The notes under the pieces were generated by a model. It was given only the letters and a program-made list of their open reading frames with translations, ran no database searches and was not told where the DNA came from. Below are positions 12,454 through 24,274 of a stretch of 64,000 bases of DNA, piece after piece (the stretch's first letter is position 1; each line of letters begins with the position of its first letter). The DNA is taken from positions 81,158,001 through 81,222,000 of the forward strand of contig NC_135655.1 of NCBI RefSeq assembly GCF_964188315.1, written 5' to 3'. The position numbers were made by a program, and so were the translations under genes. This DNA comes from Podarcis muralis. Taxonomy: Eukaryota.

Positions 12454-12700
12454 CTTTATTGACGACAGCAGCTGCTATCTGTTCTTCACACCTCCCGGCA
12501 TTTGAGACTTTTTAACCTATCTTCTATAGCCCCTTGGGAGTGAACTGCTGATGCAGCCTCTCACCACAGCTCCTATCAGCAAGAGGTTTAGTGAACATTC
12601 AACCTGATTTACTTGCCCCAAAATTGAGAGGGTAGACATTATTGACTGTTTATTGAGAATTCATTCAGATTGGTTTGCAGAGAGGTTATATGACCTTGCA
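12454..12700 (-). promoter_or_regulatory. Putative promoter and non-coding first exon of OR-B
   Basis: Donor AAG|GTAAGA at 12454; O/E(Ebf)-like TCCCAAGGGG at 12530-12539. Left boundary is the donor; upstream boundary approximate. Confidence 0.55.
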
Positions 12701-14132
12701 TCAGGTGTCATCCCATACTTTCCTTTGCATTGTCCTGACACTTTCCCTATTGCCACAAAAAAGGGGGGGTTGGGGAGGGGGAGGTGAACCAGCTTTATTG
12801 CACAGACTTTGACTGAGCTGCCTAAATTTGCCAATATATGACTGAATCCCACTGAAAATAGCAACAGTCTGAAAGCACTGTGGATGATGCAGAATATTTT
12901 TCTAAGCTCATGGTTGCATTGAGAGCAGTGCTTGGAATGAACTAGTTGAGCTCTATGAAGTTTCCTGAACTAGTTCAAAAATCTCTGAACTACAGCTGAA
13001 AGTATATCCCATAATTGGCAGGTGAACTAAGGTGGATTAAGTTCATTTGGGGGTTCAACTTCAAATGATTTCTAGTTCATCTTCTTGTCTATTCCCTCCT
13101 CTTCTCCAGGAATAGGCCCAGACTCCTAGCTTTCATTAAAAAAGTCCATCAGACATCTACAAAGAAAGTTAGAAAGCAAACTGTGGAAGCAATGTCTGAA
13201 GTCTTATTAGGTGGATACAGAGGTGCTGCTGTTGCTAAGGATGCTTGGTCACTTAACCACATCTGCAGCTAAGCAACCAGAATAAAGGATTGCATGGCAT
13301 TTCCTGTATCTTCTCTGCTGAAGAGAGTCACTCTTTTCCAACAGGAGCAGCTTGCAGCACAAATAAAGCAAAGGAACAAAGCAAATGATGTTCTGTTGGC
13401 GCAATTTAAGCAGAGTAAGCCATTTCTAGTATGGAAATACAATTATGTGGCAAGGTTCATCTGTTGACATTCTCTCTATTAGGCATCTTGTGTGTGGTCC
13501 CTGATTACCCTGTAGTTCAGCCCAGGAGCGTCTAACTTTCTGAATGCTGAAGGTTTTTGTTCTTTTGCAGAAGATGAACACTTTATGAACTAAAAAGTTT
13601 GTTTGAATGAATGTGGGCAGAACTAGTTTGTCTTATGAAAGAATGAACTTGAAATGAAATGAATTTTCCCACCTCCTCAAAGTGGCAGCTCCTCTTTAGT
13701 GGCTACCAATATTTTGTGATGGGCCAGGTGTTGGATTGGGGGCTCAGAGGGAGAATACCTGAACATGGTAATATCCTGTCGCACCATGCAGTGACAGCTC
13801 TGTGTTGCAAAGAGGAAAAAATGTAAGAAGATGAGATGACAAATGCAAAGGAAAATAATAAATGTAAGGAGGAGGAGCATCTGAAAAGAAGCAAATAAAA
13901 TGAAAGCAGGGTTGTGGATTGAAGGTGAGTGCAAATGAAAGGAATAAATTTTAAAATAAATGCAAGGGTTTTTTGGGAGCATCTCCTTCTGTATCATCTC
14001 CATACTCTTTGGGAGCCTGGGGCTTAATGCTGACCTTAATGCTGCCTCTAATACTACTGTGTATATCAAAGGGGAAGTTCAAAGTAGGTTGGGAGGTAAT
14101 TTTGAAAGCTGCTTCAATTCTTGACCTGCTTT

Positions 14133-14742
14133 TCATAGAATCATAGAATCATAGAGTTGGAATAGACCACAAGGGCCATCGAGTCCAACCCCCTGCCAAG
14201 CAGGAAACACCATCAGAGCACTCCTGACATATGGTTGTCAAGCCTCTGCTTAAAGACCTCCAAAGAAGGAGACTCCACCACGCTCCTTGGCAGCAAATTC
14301 CACTGTCAAACAGCTCTTACTGTCAGGAAGTTCTTCCTAATGTTTAGGTGGAATCTTCTTTCTTGAAGTTTGGATCCATTGCTCCGTGTCCGCTTCTCTG
14401 GAGCAGCAGAAAACAACCTTTCTCCCTCCTCTACATGACATCTTTTTATATATTTGAACATGGCTATCATATCACCCCTTAACCTCCTCTTCTCCAGGCT
14501 AAACATGCCCAGCTCCCTTAGCCGTTCCTCATAAGGCATCGTTTCCAGGCCTTTGACCTCCTCTGGACACGTTCCAGTTTGCCAGTGTCCTTCTTGAACT
14601 GTGGTGCCCAGAACTGGACACAGTACTCCAGGTGAGGTCTGACCAGAGCAGAATACAGTGGCACTATTACTTCCCTTGATCTAGATGCTATACTCCTATT
14701 GATGCAGCCCAGAATTGCATTGGCTTTTTTAGCTGCCGCGTC
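14133..14742 (-). mobile_element. Young CR1 LINE, 5'-truncated (duplicate of 17462-18082)
   Basis: RT peptide [17 protein letters not shown]...[10 protein letters not shown] and (ATTCTATG)n tail; has a 13-bp deletion absent from the right-arm copy. Confidence 0.95.
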
Positions 14743-15213
14743 CAAAGTCTTATTAGGTGGATATAGAGGTGCTGCTGTTGCTAAGGATGCTTGGTCACTT
14801 CACCACGTTTGCTAAGCAACCATAATAAAGGATTGCATGGCATTTCCTGTATCTTCTCTGCTGAAGAGAGTCACTCTCTTCCAACAGGAGCAGCTTGCAG
14901 CAGAAAGCACAAATAAAGAAAGGAACAAAGCAAATGATGTTTTGTTGGCACAAAGCAGAGTAAGCCATTTCTAGTATGGAAATACAATTATGTGGAAAGG
15001 TTCATCTTTTAACATCCTCTCTATTAGGCATCTTGTGTGTGGTCCCTGATTACCCTGTAGTTCAGCCCAGGAGCTTCTAACATTCTGAATGCTGAAGGTT
15101 TTTGTTCTTTTGCAGAAGATGAACACTTTATGAACTAAAAAATTTGTTTGAATGAATGTGGGCAGAACTAGTTTGTCTTATAAAAGGACGAACTTGAACT
15201 GAAATGAACTTTC
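14740..15213. repeat. ~470-bp direct repeat of 13194-13668
   Basis: Alignment from gtc(c/t)(a/g)aagtcttattaggtgg to gaa(c/t)tttc, roughly 95% identical. Confidence 0.95.
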
Positions 15214-17013
15214 TAAGCACTGGTTGAAAGTTTACTGAGGGTTTGGATTTGCTGCACATATAGGCCACCTGTGAATCCAGCAATTGTATTTGTTGTATTT
15301 TTTCATAGTTTAGTTATTGGTTGCTGTTGGGGCTCTTTCCTGAAGATGAAACAGCTCTTAATTATCCAGTAATAACTTCTACATCTCCTCTTCCCGTATA
15401 TCACCTTCATTCTGGATTGGCCAAGAGGAATCCATCCTTTTAAATCAATTTTTGCCCTCTTTGTCACCATCTTTGAAGAAGTTTCCAGATTTTAATACAG
15501 TTAAAATATGGAAAAAGGAAAGGTATTGTTCCATGTTAATGAACGAAAAGAATCTTTTTATAAGATGTATGACACTGCAAAGTGGTCTTCAAATAGTATT
15601 AGGGATCCATAGAGGCTGAGAGAAATAAATAAGAAGAAAGGGGCAGGATATGTGTTGAGAAACTTTGGAGCACTAGGTTCATATGTAGGCCAGAAATAAG
15701 AACCTTTATGAGAAAAATCTTGTTATTCTCAATTCAGTGCAGATCAGTACTGAGAGCAGTAGTGGCAAGAGGTGACCTTGGAGTGTGCAAGGTAGAGTTT
15801 CGCTGATGAGTAGATTGTCCACCTGGCGTGTCTATAGGTGGAAAAAGAAAAGCAGCAGCAAGAGCCAGCAAGGGAAAGGAATCATTGATGAGTTCAGTGC
15901 TGCAATGGGGAAAGATAAAACCAATTGAAAATTAAGATTTTGGGTGGTGGAATTTCTGCATAGCCTGAGCAAATTTGGTGGCAGTTTTGGAAGTGGAGTT
16001 AAGTTCAAGGACAATAGCAGCAGTGGGGGAGCAATCAGCTGGCCGTAAGGGCAAGAGTTACATGTCCCACAGGCTACAAGTTGGTCACTTATGAGCTAGA
16101 TGGACTAACGGCATGACTTGATATGTGCTATATATGTATTTATATGTATTTTCCTTATGAGGAATTGAAGTTAACGATGACTTTCCGATACTACTCAATC
16201 TGAGCTTTCAACCTAGGTGTTCCATATGCAAGCCAACCATTTTCTCCACTGAACTACACTTAGATATGGAGTTGAGTCTGAAAGTGGCAGTGTAAATATT
16301 TACTTACACCAGAATTGTCCTTGGAGAATTGAAACTTTATAAACTTACAGCCAGTTCTCTGAGGGTGAACATGCCTTGAGAATTGAAGCATATATGCGCA
16401 AGACTCTTAGCTCTGATCAACAATTGCCTCCTCTTAAGGGACAACTTTATCTTTGGGGAACCAAGAATCTTTCTCTGATGCATGAACTTGTAATGTCCTA
16501 AAGCATCTTTCATGGCCGTCAGAGAATTGTGTTAGTTTGTGCATGTCTCATAAGAGATCTCTTTGTTTTAACAAGCCTCTAAGGCATTCTGTCTTGAAAT
16601 TATTTGTCTGAACAGAGGGCGGGGGGTGCGGAGAGAGAACGTTTGCCTCCTTAACAACTTTTATCACCATTTCATCCATTAAATCCCAATAGGATGTTAC
16701 TTATTTATATTTAAGAAAGTTCTACAGAACTTCCCAAAATAAGAGAAAGAATCTCAAGGTCCTAAGAGAGGGACAATTTAAATTGAAGGTTATTTCTCAT
16801 CCTTAAAGAAAACAGTAGCTGTTGCAGCGTTTGTTAGCATCACTTTCCCTAGAGATGTAATATATTAGAATTTGAAAGAACTAATTACTGTCTTATAATC
16901 GAGGAAGAGGGGCAGTCTATACTAAACATTCTGATGGATAAATATCAGTCACCCCCCTCAAAAAGCACTCCCCCAAACAAAGGTTGGTGTCCAATGCACA
17001 GGGCCAGCAACCC

Positions 17014-17235
17014 ATTTTCCAATAATAATCCAGCAGAAACCTGGTCTTTTGTGAAGGTTGGCAATTACTATTATTGCATAGAAGAATATTTTATAACACC
17101 TTAAAAGTAAATGCTTTTACTTGCACCATTTCTCCTTCCAGTGTTTCAACCACCATCTGAAGCACATGCACCACAGTATGAAAGCAGCTTGAGACTTGCT
17201 GCTCTCTGATCTTCTTTACGCTTAATGATCACTAT
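17014..17235. repeat. ~220-bp direct paralog of 24852-25080 plus 25360-25372
   Basis: attttccaataataatccagcagaaac...gctgctctctgatct present in both, roughly 85-90% identical. Confidence 0.9.
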
Positions 17236-17461
17236 ATATGCGATTCAGGTAGGCCATAGCTTAGGGGCAGAGGCAGAGCACATACTTAGCATGCAGACAC
17301 GTTTGGTCCCTCTCTGGCTTCTGCAGTTGGGAAGGATCCCTGTTTCAAATGTTGGAGGGCCATTGCCAGCCTTATTCAGGTTGTGGGCAGCATTTGGTGC
17401 TGGGGAAACTGTTGCAGGTGCAGTCAGAAGAACAAAAAGTGGTCAGGTTCAGATAAACGTG

Positions 17462-18082
17462 GCGTGGCAGCTAAAAAAGCCAATGCAATTCTGGGCCTCA
17501 TCAATAGGAGTATAGCATCTAGATCAAGGGAAGTAATAGTGCCACTGTATTCTGCTCTGGTCAGACCTCACCTGGAGTACTGTGTCCAGTTCTGGGCACC
17601 ACAGTTCAAGAAGGACACTGACAAACTGGAACGTGTCCAGAGGAGGGCAACCAAAATGGTCAAAGGCCTGGAAATGATGCCTTATGAGGAACAGCTAAGG
17701 GAGCTGGGCATGTTGAGTCTGGAGATGAGGAGGTTAAGGGGTGATATGATAGCCATGTTCAAATATATAAAAGGATGTCATATAGAGGAGGGAGAAAGGT
17801 TGTTTTCTGCTGCTCCAGAGAAGCGGACACGGAGCAATGGATCCAAACTACAAGAAAGAAGATTCCACCTAAACATTAGGAAGAACTTCCTGACAGTAAA
17901 GCTGTTCGACAGTGGAATTTGCTGCCAAGGAGTGTGGTGGAGTCTCCTTCTTTGGAGGTCTTTAAGCAGAGGCTTGACAACCATATGTCAGGAGTGCTCT
18001 GATGGTGTTTCCTGCTTGGCAGGGGGTTGGACTCGATGGCCCTTGTGGTCTATTCCAACTCTATGATTCTATGATTCTATGA
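17462..18082 (+). mobile_element. Young CR1 LINE, 5'-truncated
   Basis: RT peptide in ORF 17383-18066; tail ctatgattctatgattctatga. Confidence 0.95.
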
Positions 18083-19439
18083 AAAGCAGGTCAAGAATTG
18101 AAGCAGCTTTCAAAATTACCTCCCAACCTACTTTGAACTTCCCCTTTGATATACACAGTAGTATTAGAGGCAGCATTAAGGTCAGCATTAAGCCCCAGGC
18201 TCCCAAAGAGCATGGAGATGATACAGAAGGAGATGCTCCCAAAAAACCCTTGCATTTATTTTAAAATTTATTCCTTTCATTTGCACTCACCTTCAATCCA
18301 CAACCCTGCTTTCATTTGATTTGCTTCTTTTCAGATGCTCCTCCTCCTTACATTTATTATTTTCCTTTGCATTTGTCACCTTCTCTCATCTTCTTACATT
18401 TTTTCCTGTTTGCAACACAGAGCTGTCACTGCATGGTGCGACAGGATATTACCATGTTCAGGTATTCTCCCTCTGAGCCCCCAATCCAACACCTGGCCCA
18501 TCACAAAATATTGGTAGCCACTGAAGAGGAGCTGCCACTTTGAGGAGGTGGGAAAATTCATTTCATTTCAAGTTCATCCTTTCATAAGACAAACTAGTTC
18601 TGCTCACATTCATTCAAACAAACTTTTTAGTTCATAAAGTGTTCATCTTCTGCAAAAGAACAAAAACCTTCAGCATTCAGAAAGTTAGACGCTCCTGGGC
18701 TGACCTACAGGGTAATCAGGGACCACACAAAAGATGCCTAATAGAGAGAATGTCAACAGATGAACCTTGCCACATAATTGTATTTCCATACTAGAAATGG
18801 CTTACTCTGCTTAAATTGCGCCAACAGAACATCATTTGCTTTGTTCCTTTGCTTTATTTGTGCTTTCAGCTGCAAGCTGCTCCTGTTGGAAAAGAGTGAC
18901 TCTCTTCAGCAGAGAAGATACAGGAAATGCCATGCAATCCTTTATTCTGGTTGCTTAGCAGATGTGGTTAAGTGACTAAGCATCCTTAGCAACAGCAGCA
19001 GCTCTGTATCCACCTAATAAGACTTCGGACATTGCTTCCACAGTTTGTAGATGTCTGATGGACTTTTTTAATGAAAGGTAGGATTCTGGGCCTCTTGCTG
19101 TTCACCTGCCAATTATGGGATCTACTTTCAGGTGTAGATCAGAGATTTTTGAACTAGTTCAAGAAACTTCATAGAGCTCAACTAGTTCATTCCAAGCACT
19201 GCTCTCAATGCAACCATGAACTTAGAAAAATATTCTGCATCATCCACAGTGCTTTCAGACTGTTGCTATTTTCAGTGGGATTCAGTCATATATTGGCAAA
19301 TTTAGGCAGCTCAGCCAAAGTCTGTGCAATAAAGCTGGTTCATCTCCTCCTCCCAATCTTTTTTTGTGGGTGGGAATAGGGAAAGTGTCAGGAAAATGCA
19401 AAGGAAAGTATGGGATGACACCTGATGCAAGGTCATATA

Positions 19440-19672
19440 ACCTCTCTGCAAACCAATCAGAATTAATTCTCAATAAACACTCAATAATGTCTAACCTCCC
19501 AATTTTGGGGCAAGTAAATCAGGCTGAATGTTCACTAAACCTCTTGCTGATAGGAGCTGTGGTGAGAGGCTGCATCAGCAGTTCACTCCCAAGGGGCTAT
19601 AGAAGATAGGTTAAAAAGTCTCAAATGCCGGGAGGTGTGAAGAACAGATAGCAGCTGCTGCTGTCAATACAG
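19440..19672 (+). promoter_or_regulatory. Putative promoter and non-coding first exon of OR-C
   Basis: AACCAATCAG (19451-60), homeodomain-type AATTAATT (19461-68), O/E-like TCCCAAGGGG (19587-96), donor CAG|GTAAGA at 19672, and acceptor with pyrimidine tract ending at 21310. Confidence 0.6.
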
Positions 19673-21331
19673 GTAAGAAAGGCACAGACATGGAAGCACA
19701 GATCTTCTAAAATGGCTGCATGTGTTGACCCCAATGAGAGTGTTTTACAAAGGAAATAAGGGAAAGAATGAATAATTTTGAATTTAACAGCAACAAAAGG
19801 AAAGAAATATTCATATCCAGGTTGCTGCTCGTATGTTAATCCAACTGAAGAAGAGAGATGAGAAAAAGATACTTCATTTAGCAAGTTTTCTTGACTGTAC
19901 CAGGGTAGGAAAGTGGGTAGATATTTTTTTTAATGCACTAATAAATGACTATCCCTCCAAGAAAGTACAAAAAACAAAAACAAAATATGTACTGATATGT
20001 CAAATGCACACAAACACTATACAGTGAGAGTTAGGGAGAGAGGGTAAAAATAAGCTTCAGGTTCTTTAGAAAACATTTCTGCGTGTCATTTCCATGAATA
20101 TAAGCAATTTTATGTATGCTTCTACGAATGTACACATTATTGTACACTTTTTGGGGTTGGAGAACTGCATCACAAAATTGGGAGAAGTGCAAATTTCAAA
20201 TGATAGATGTGTTTCAGTTTGTGTATCATTTTGGGAAGGGTGGATTAAATACGTTTGTGTTAAATTGTGAACTGAACCAATTGTTGTTGTTATTTATTGA
20301 ATGTATATACCGCCCTATACCCAGGGGTCTCAGGGCGGTTCACAGAAAAGATCACAACATATATAATCAGAATAACCTAGATTGTTTCCCTCCCAGATTG
20401 ACTTCCATGCCCTTCTAGATACAAAACACATCTCTTTTCAGCCCCCAAACCAGTCCCAAATTTTGGAACACTTTGCAATAAACAGTTTTAAAATGTCACC
20501 ACATAATAGAATAATATATTGTTTGTTGTATTTCTTTCCTATGTAATTCATTAGAAAGAAATCTCCTTTTGAGTCTATTAAGAGCTGCTGCACGAATTGC
20601 AAACTGCAGCATTGGATTGCTACCAATGGCTTCCCTAAATCTACTTCATAGGTTATTACTTGGCAAATGTGTGCTATGAATACTTCCTACTACTTTCTTG
20701 TCAATCCCTTAGCACAAAAGGTTCAGCAGAGGAGGGAGGATTTGTTGAGTAAGAGCTCCAAACCGACTTTTATTGCACAACCTGAATTTGTTGATACATG
20801 GCTGAAACCTGCTTGCCAAAAAGTGATAGTGCTCATAGTGTAGGACTACAGCTCCAGTGCATTAACATTGTCTGGTGTCTGTAGAAGATGGAGTCAGAGA
20901 TGGATAATAGTATAGAAAAGTAATGTTCATAATAATAATAATTTTATTATTTATATCCTGCCCATCTGGCTGGGTTTCCCCAGCCACTCTGGGTGGCTTA
21001 CAGGACATAAAAAATGGTGAAACATTTCAATATCAACCTAGCCATTTATAAGCAGTGTAATAGTCACTCAGTTTTAATGGATGTAGACATTTCAATGAAC
21101 AACCTACTCTAAGACTCTGATCTCATTCTTGTTAATAGCTGCCTGAACATCAGTATTAAAGGATATGTTGATCAATTGCACATTCACTATCAGCCAAGTT
21201 TGCAACATCTTCCCTGCTTGTTGCAATTCAATTTATTTGTGTTACCTAATTTCCTGGTTGCCCAATGCAGGCTTCTCAGTAATGTTGTCCTCTCTCCTCT
21301 TAACCCATAGCAAGCTGATGTGCAGGTTTAT

Positions 21332-22279
21332 ATGGAGACTGAAAACCAAACTGGAATTATACAGTTCCACTTCCAGCCATTCACAACGCACCCAGGCATG
21401 AGGCAGCTGATTTTCTGGACTTTTCTGATTCTCTACTTGCTCAGCCTGTTTGGGAATGCTACCATTGTTCTCATCATCTACACCACACATTCTCTTCACA
21501 CCCCAATGTATTATTTCTTGGCTAACCTGGCATGTCTGGAAATTGCTTATTCTTGTACCATTGCACCCCTCACTCTGGCCCACGTAGCTTCTGCAAGAAA
21601 GGTCTCCATCACCTTGGCTGGCTGTGGGACCCAAATGTTCTTCTTTACCTTCCTGGGAAGCTCTGACTGTGTGCTGATAGCAATCATGGCATATGACCGC
21701 TATGTGGCAATCTGTCACCCACTCAGCTACGCTGTCATCATGAACTGGAGAGTGTGTGTGAAAATTGTTGTTGGGACCTTGGTCATGAGTTGCTTTTTTG
21801 GCATTCAGCTTTCTATCCTGATATTGACTTTGCCTTTCTGTGCCAATAAGGAAATCAACAATTTTTTCTGTGATTTCCCTGTTGTCATGAAACTGGCATG
21901 TGGTGATACCCATTTCCACCAAACTGCCCTTTTTATTACCAGTGTTATCATCATCACCATCCCTTCCCTCCTAATCTGTATCTCCTATACCTTCATTGTG
22001 GCTGCCGTCTTGAGGATCAGCTCTGCCGCAGGCAGGCAAAGGGCTTTCTCCACCTGTTCCTCCCACTTAATGGTCGTCCTTCTGCAGTTTGGCTGTGGCA
22101 GTTTGATATACCTTCGCCCAAGCTCCAGCTACTCACCGGAGGAAGGTCGAGTGGTGTCTGTGGTCTACACCTTTGTCACTCCTGTGCTGAACCCCTTAAT
22201 CTATAGCATGAGGAACAAAGAGTTAAAGGATGCCCTTATCAGAGCCTTAAAAAGAGCTGTGCTGCCCCAGAAGAAATGA
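21332..22279 (+). CDS. OR10V1: Olfactory receptor OR-C, OR10V1-like, intact, 315 aa
   Basis: Canonical OR motifs; inverted duplicate of OR-B with 15 aa differences. Confidence 0.95.
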   Translation: METENQTGIIQFHFQPFTTHPGMRQLIFWTFLILYLLSLFGNATIVLIIYTTHSLHTPMYYFLANLACLEIAYSCTIAPLTLAHVASARKVSITLAGCGTQMFFFTFLGSSDCVLIAIMAYDRYVAICHPLSYAVIMNWRVCVKIVVGTLVMSCFFGIQLSILILTLPFCANKEINNFFCDFPVVMKLACGDTHFHQTALFITSVIIITIPSLLICISYTFIVAAVLRISSAAGRQRAFSTCSSHLMVVLLQFGCGSLIYLRPSSSYSPEEGRVVSVVYTFVTPVLNPLIYSMRNKELKDALIRALKRAVLPQKK

Positions 22280-22829
22280 CAGCATTGAATTGCAACCAGG
22301 GAATGGTACACCGTCTACTGCCATCTGTTGTAATGATATTGTGGAACTGAAACCACAGGTCAGTAATGGAAGGATGCATAGGTAGCTCTATGTCTAAGCT
22401 GCAACTGTGCCTCAAAAGGAAGGTTCTTTGCCTGTAGCAGAAGTTGCATTGTGTGGCCAATTGACCTGAATTTGGTATAGGTATTCTTGAAGGAAATGAA
22501 TCAAATGCCTGATTGAAAGCAAGCAGAACAACAGCTACACTAGTGACACCGAGTTCTGTTTTGATGGGCAGGAGAACCTGGACAAGTTTCCAGCCACAGA
22601 GAGAACTAATACACTTCATTCAGGAGCCTGAAGATATTGCGAGGTAACAGAAGAAAAAATACCCCAAGAAGAGGCTGGAATGATGTCATCAAAGGAGGGT
22701 ACCAAATGAGGCAGACATTAACCTCAAACCAGACTAGCCAGAAATGCCTGGTGGGACCTGCTTGGGGATTTTGGACCTATTATTCATCTGGAGACAACTT
22801 CCACTGATGAATTGGACTGATGATTATGA

Positions 22830-23296
22830 TTATGGAGGACTGCCTGCTGGAAGCCTGAGGGCCCTGCTCTGCTTCTCTCCCCCTGGCTTGGGGCGGGGCC
22901 TGACAGGCTTTACAAGGACTCTGGCTGCTGCTCAGCAGAGAGGGCGCCTCTTTAAATGGTTTTTATTTTTTATCTGTGGCGGTTTAAATGATTGTTTATT
23001 GATTTTTTTGTGCAACACCGTCAAGGCAGCCAGACTGAATAGTTGCTGGGGTTGGGGAAGCTGGAGGCAGCCCGGAAGCTGCATCTGAGAGCCCCTGCAT
23101 CACCTGAAGGCAGCCAGGCACTTCTCAGCTGAGCTGCCGGATCTGCTCCTACTTGCGTGCAAGCAGGAGTGGAGGAGGGGATCTCTCATGGTGAAGCCTC
23201 TACTCCACTTCTGAGAGATCCCCACGAGCCCTCCTCTCTCTCCCCCCCCACCACTGAAGCCACGGCCCTGCTGGGGTGACAGCTTCGCCACCACTG
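22830..23296. mobile_element. GC-rich truncated DNA-transposon-like fragment abutting the duplication breakpoint
   Basis: Ends in hAT-like terminus cttcgccaccactg; no left terminus found; composition jumps at 22826. Confidence 0.35.
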
Positions 23297-23721
23297 CTCT
23301 AGACTAAGATTTTGTATGTGTGTTTATATTAAATAAATAAACTGAAATATTGGGAAGCAACATAATTCTGTGAGAGGGTCAGCAACACATTAGTGACCTA
23401 GTCATCCACACACTTGGTTTGCTGTGTGGTTTTACTGTGGTGTTTTAATTATTTGATTTGTTTATTGAGAAGTTTTCATTCTTTTCCACAAGTCAGAAGT
23501 ACGTACATTAGCACAAATGAGCAAAATTCAGCGGGCATGATTCTAAACCTACATTATAACCAAGCCTCTCCCAAAAGTACTATCACTCTCTAAACCTTTG
23601 TTTCCATAGCCATATTCACAACAATGCTCTTTCTAGAAAAGTAATTTATTAAAATTATTCAAATCATTCGGTTGTAAAATAATCTCTTTATATTGTTCCA
23701 CCTGTGAATTTTATCAAACTT

Positions 23722-24274
23722 TTTTTTTAAAGAGATGTTTATTAAGCATTTAAAAATTACAAAAAACATAAAAAGAAAACACACTAAAAAATTAACGAAC
23801 ATACATTACATAAAGAAAAAACATAAACAACAAAACAGCAAAAAAGAAAAAAAACATTAAAACACATCCAATATTTCATAACTTTACCTTTCATTTACTT
23901 ATTTCCTCGACCTCCTCACACCTCCCTTTTTGTATTCTAGTTCAAATTACTATTTCAGCAAATTCTTTCCATCTTTCTCAATTTCTTTAAATTTCTCTAA
24001 ATTTCTTTAATTTTTACACTTTGGCCCATTAACAATCCATTTTTACTTTATTCTTTATAACATTTCTGCTAAAACCATGTAACTTCATTCCAGGATCCTT
24101 CTAACATTCATTAATTTTACTATATTTTTGTAAATATACTTTGAATTTTTTCCAATCTTCTTCCACCGACTCTTCTCCCTGGTCTCGGATTCTGCCAGTC
24201 ATTTCCGCCAGTTCCATGTAGTCCATCAGCTTCATCTGCCATTCCTCCCTGGTGGGTAGATCTTGTGTCTTCCA
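23722..24274 (-). mobile_element. 5'-truncated L1-clade LINE (ORF2 C-terminus plus 3' UTR), related to 37458-41230
   Basis: 17-bp TSD tgaattttatcaaactt (23705-23721, 24275-24291); AATAAA plus A-tail on minus; encodes WKTQDLPTREEWQMKLMDYMELAEMTGRIRDQGEESVEEDWKKF. Confidence 0.95.

Larger units (their letters stand above)
9915..14741. repeat. Left arm of inverted segmental duplication (partner 17462-22825)
   Basis: Reverse-complement alignment by eye over OR CDS, intron, promoter, hAT and CR1. Left start aatcatcagtccaatt pairs with aattggactgatgatt ending at 22825. Confidence 0.95.
12926..15222. mobile_element. Old non-autonomous hAT element, interrupted by a ~1.55 kb templated insertion
   Basis: TIRs cagtgcttggaa / ttctaagcactg (11/12); 8-bp flanks attgagag / gttgaaag (6/8, two transitions); internal gaactagtt-type repeats. 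Confidence 0.7.
17462..22825. repeat. Right arm of inverted segmental duplication
   Basis: Reverse complement of 9915-14741, except a non-homologous block (~20070-20930 versus ~11810-12065). Confidence 0.95.

Noticed and set aside
9915-14741. Left arm as a CR1 3'-transduction (RNA-mediated copy starting at the CR1 5' end)
   Set aside because: The OR intron is retained, there is no tail or TSD at the far end, and the left arm holds the ancestral poly(A) signal and hAT terminus.
17383-18066. 227-aa ORF as a host gene
   Set aside because: It is the C-terminal RT fragment of a truncated CR1.
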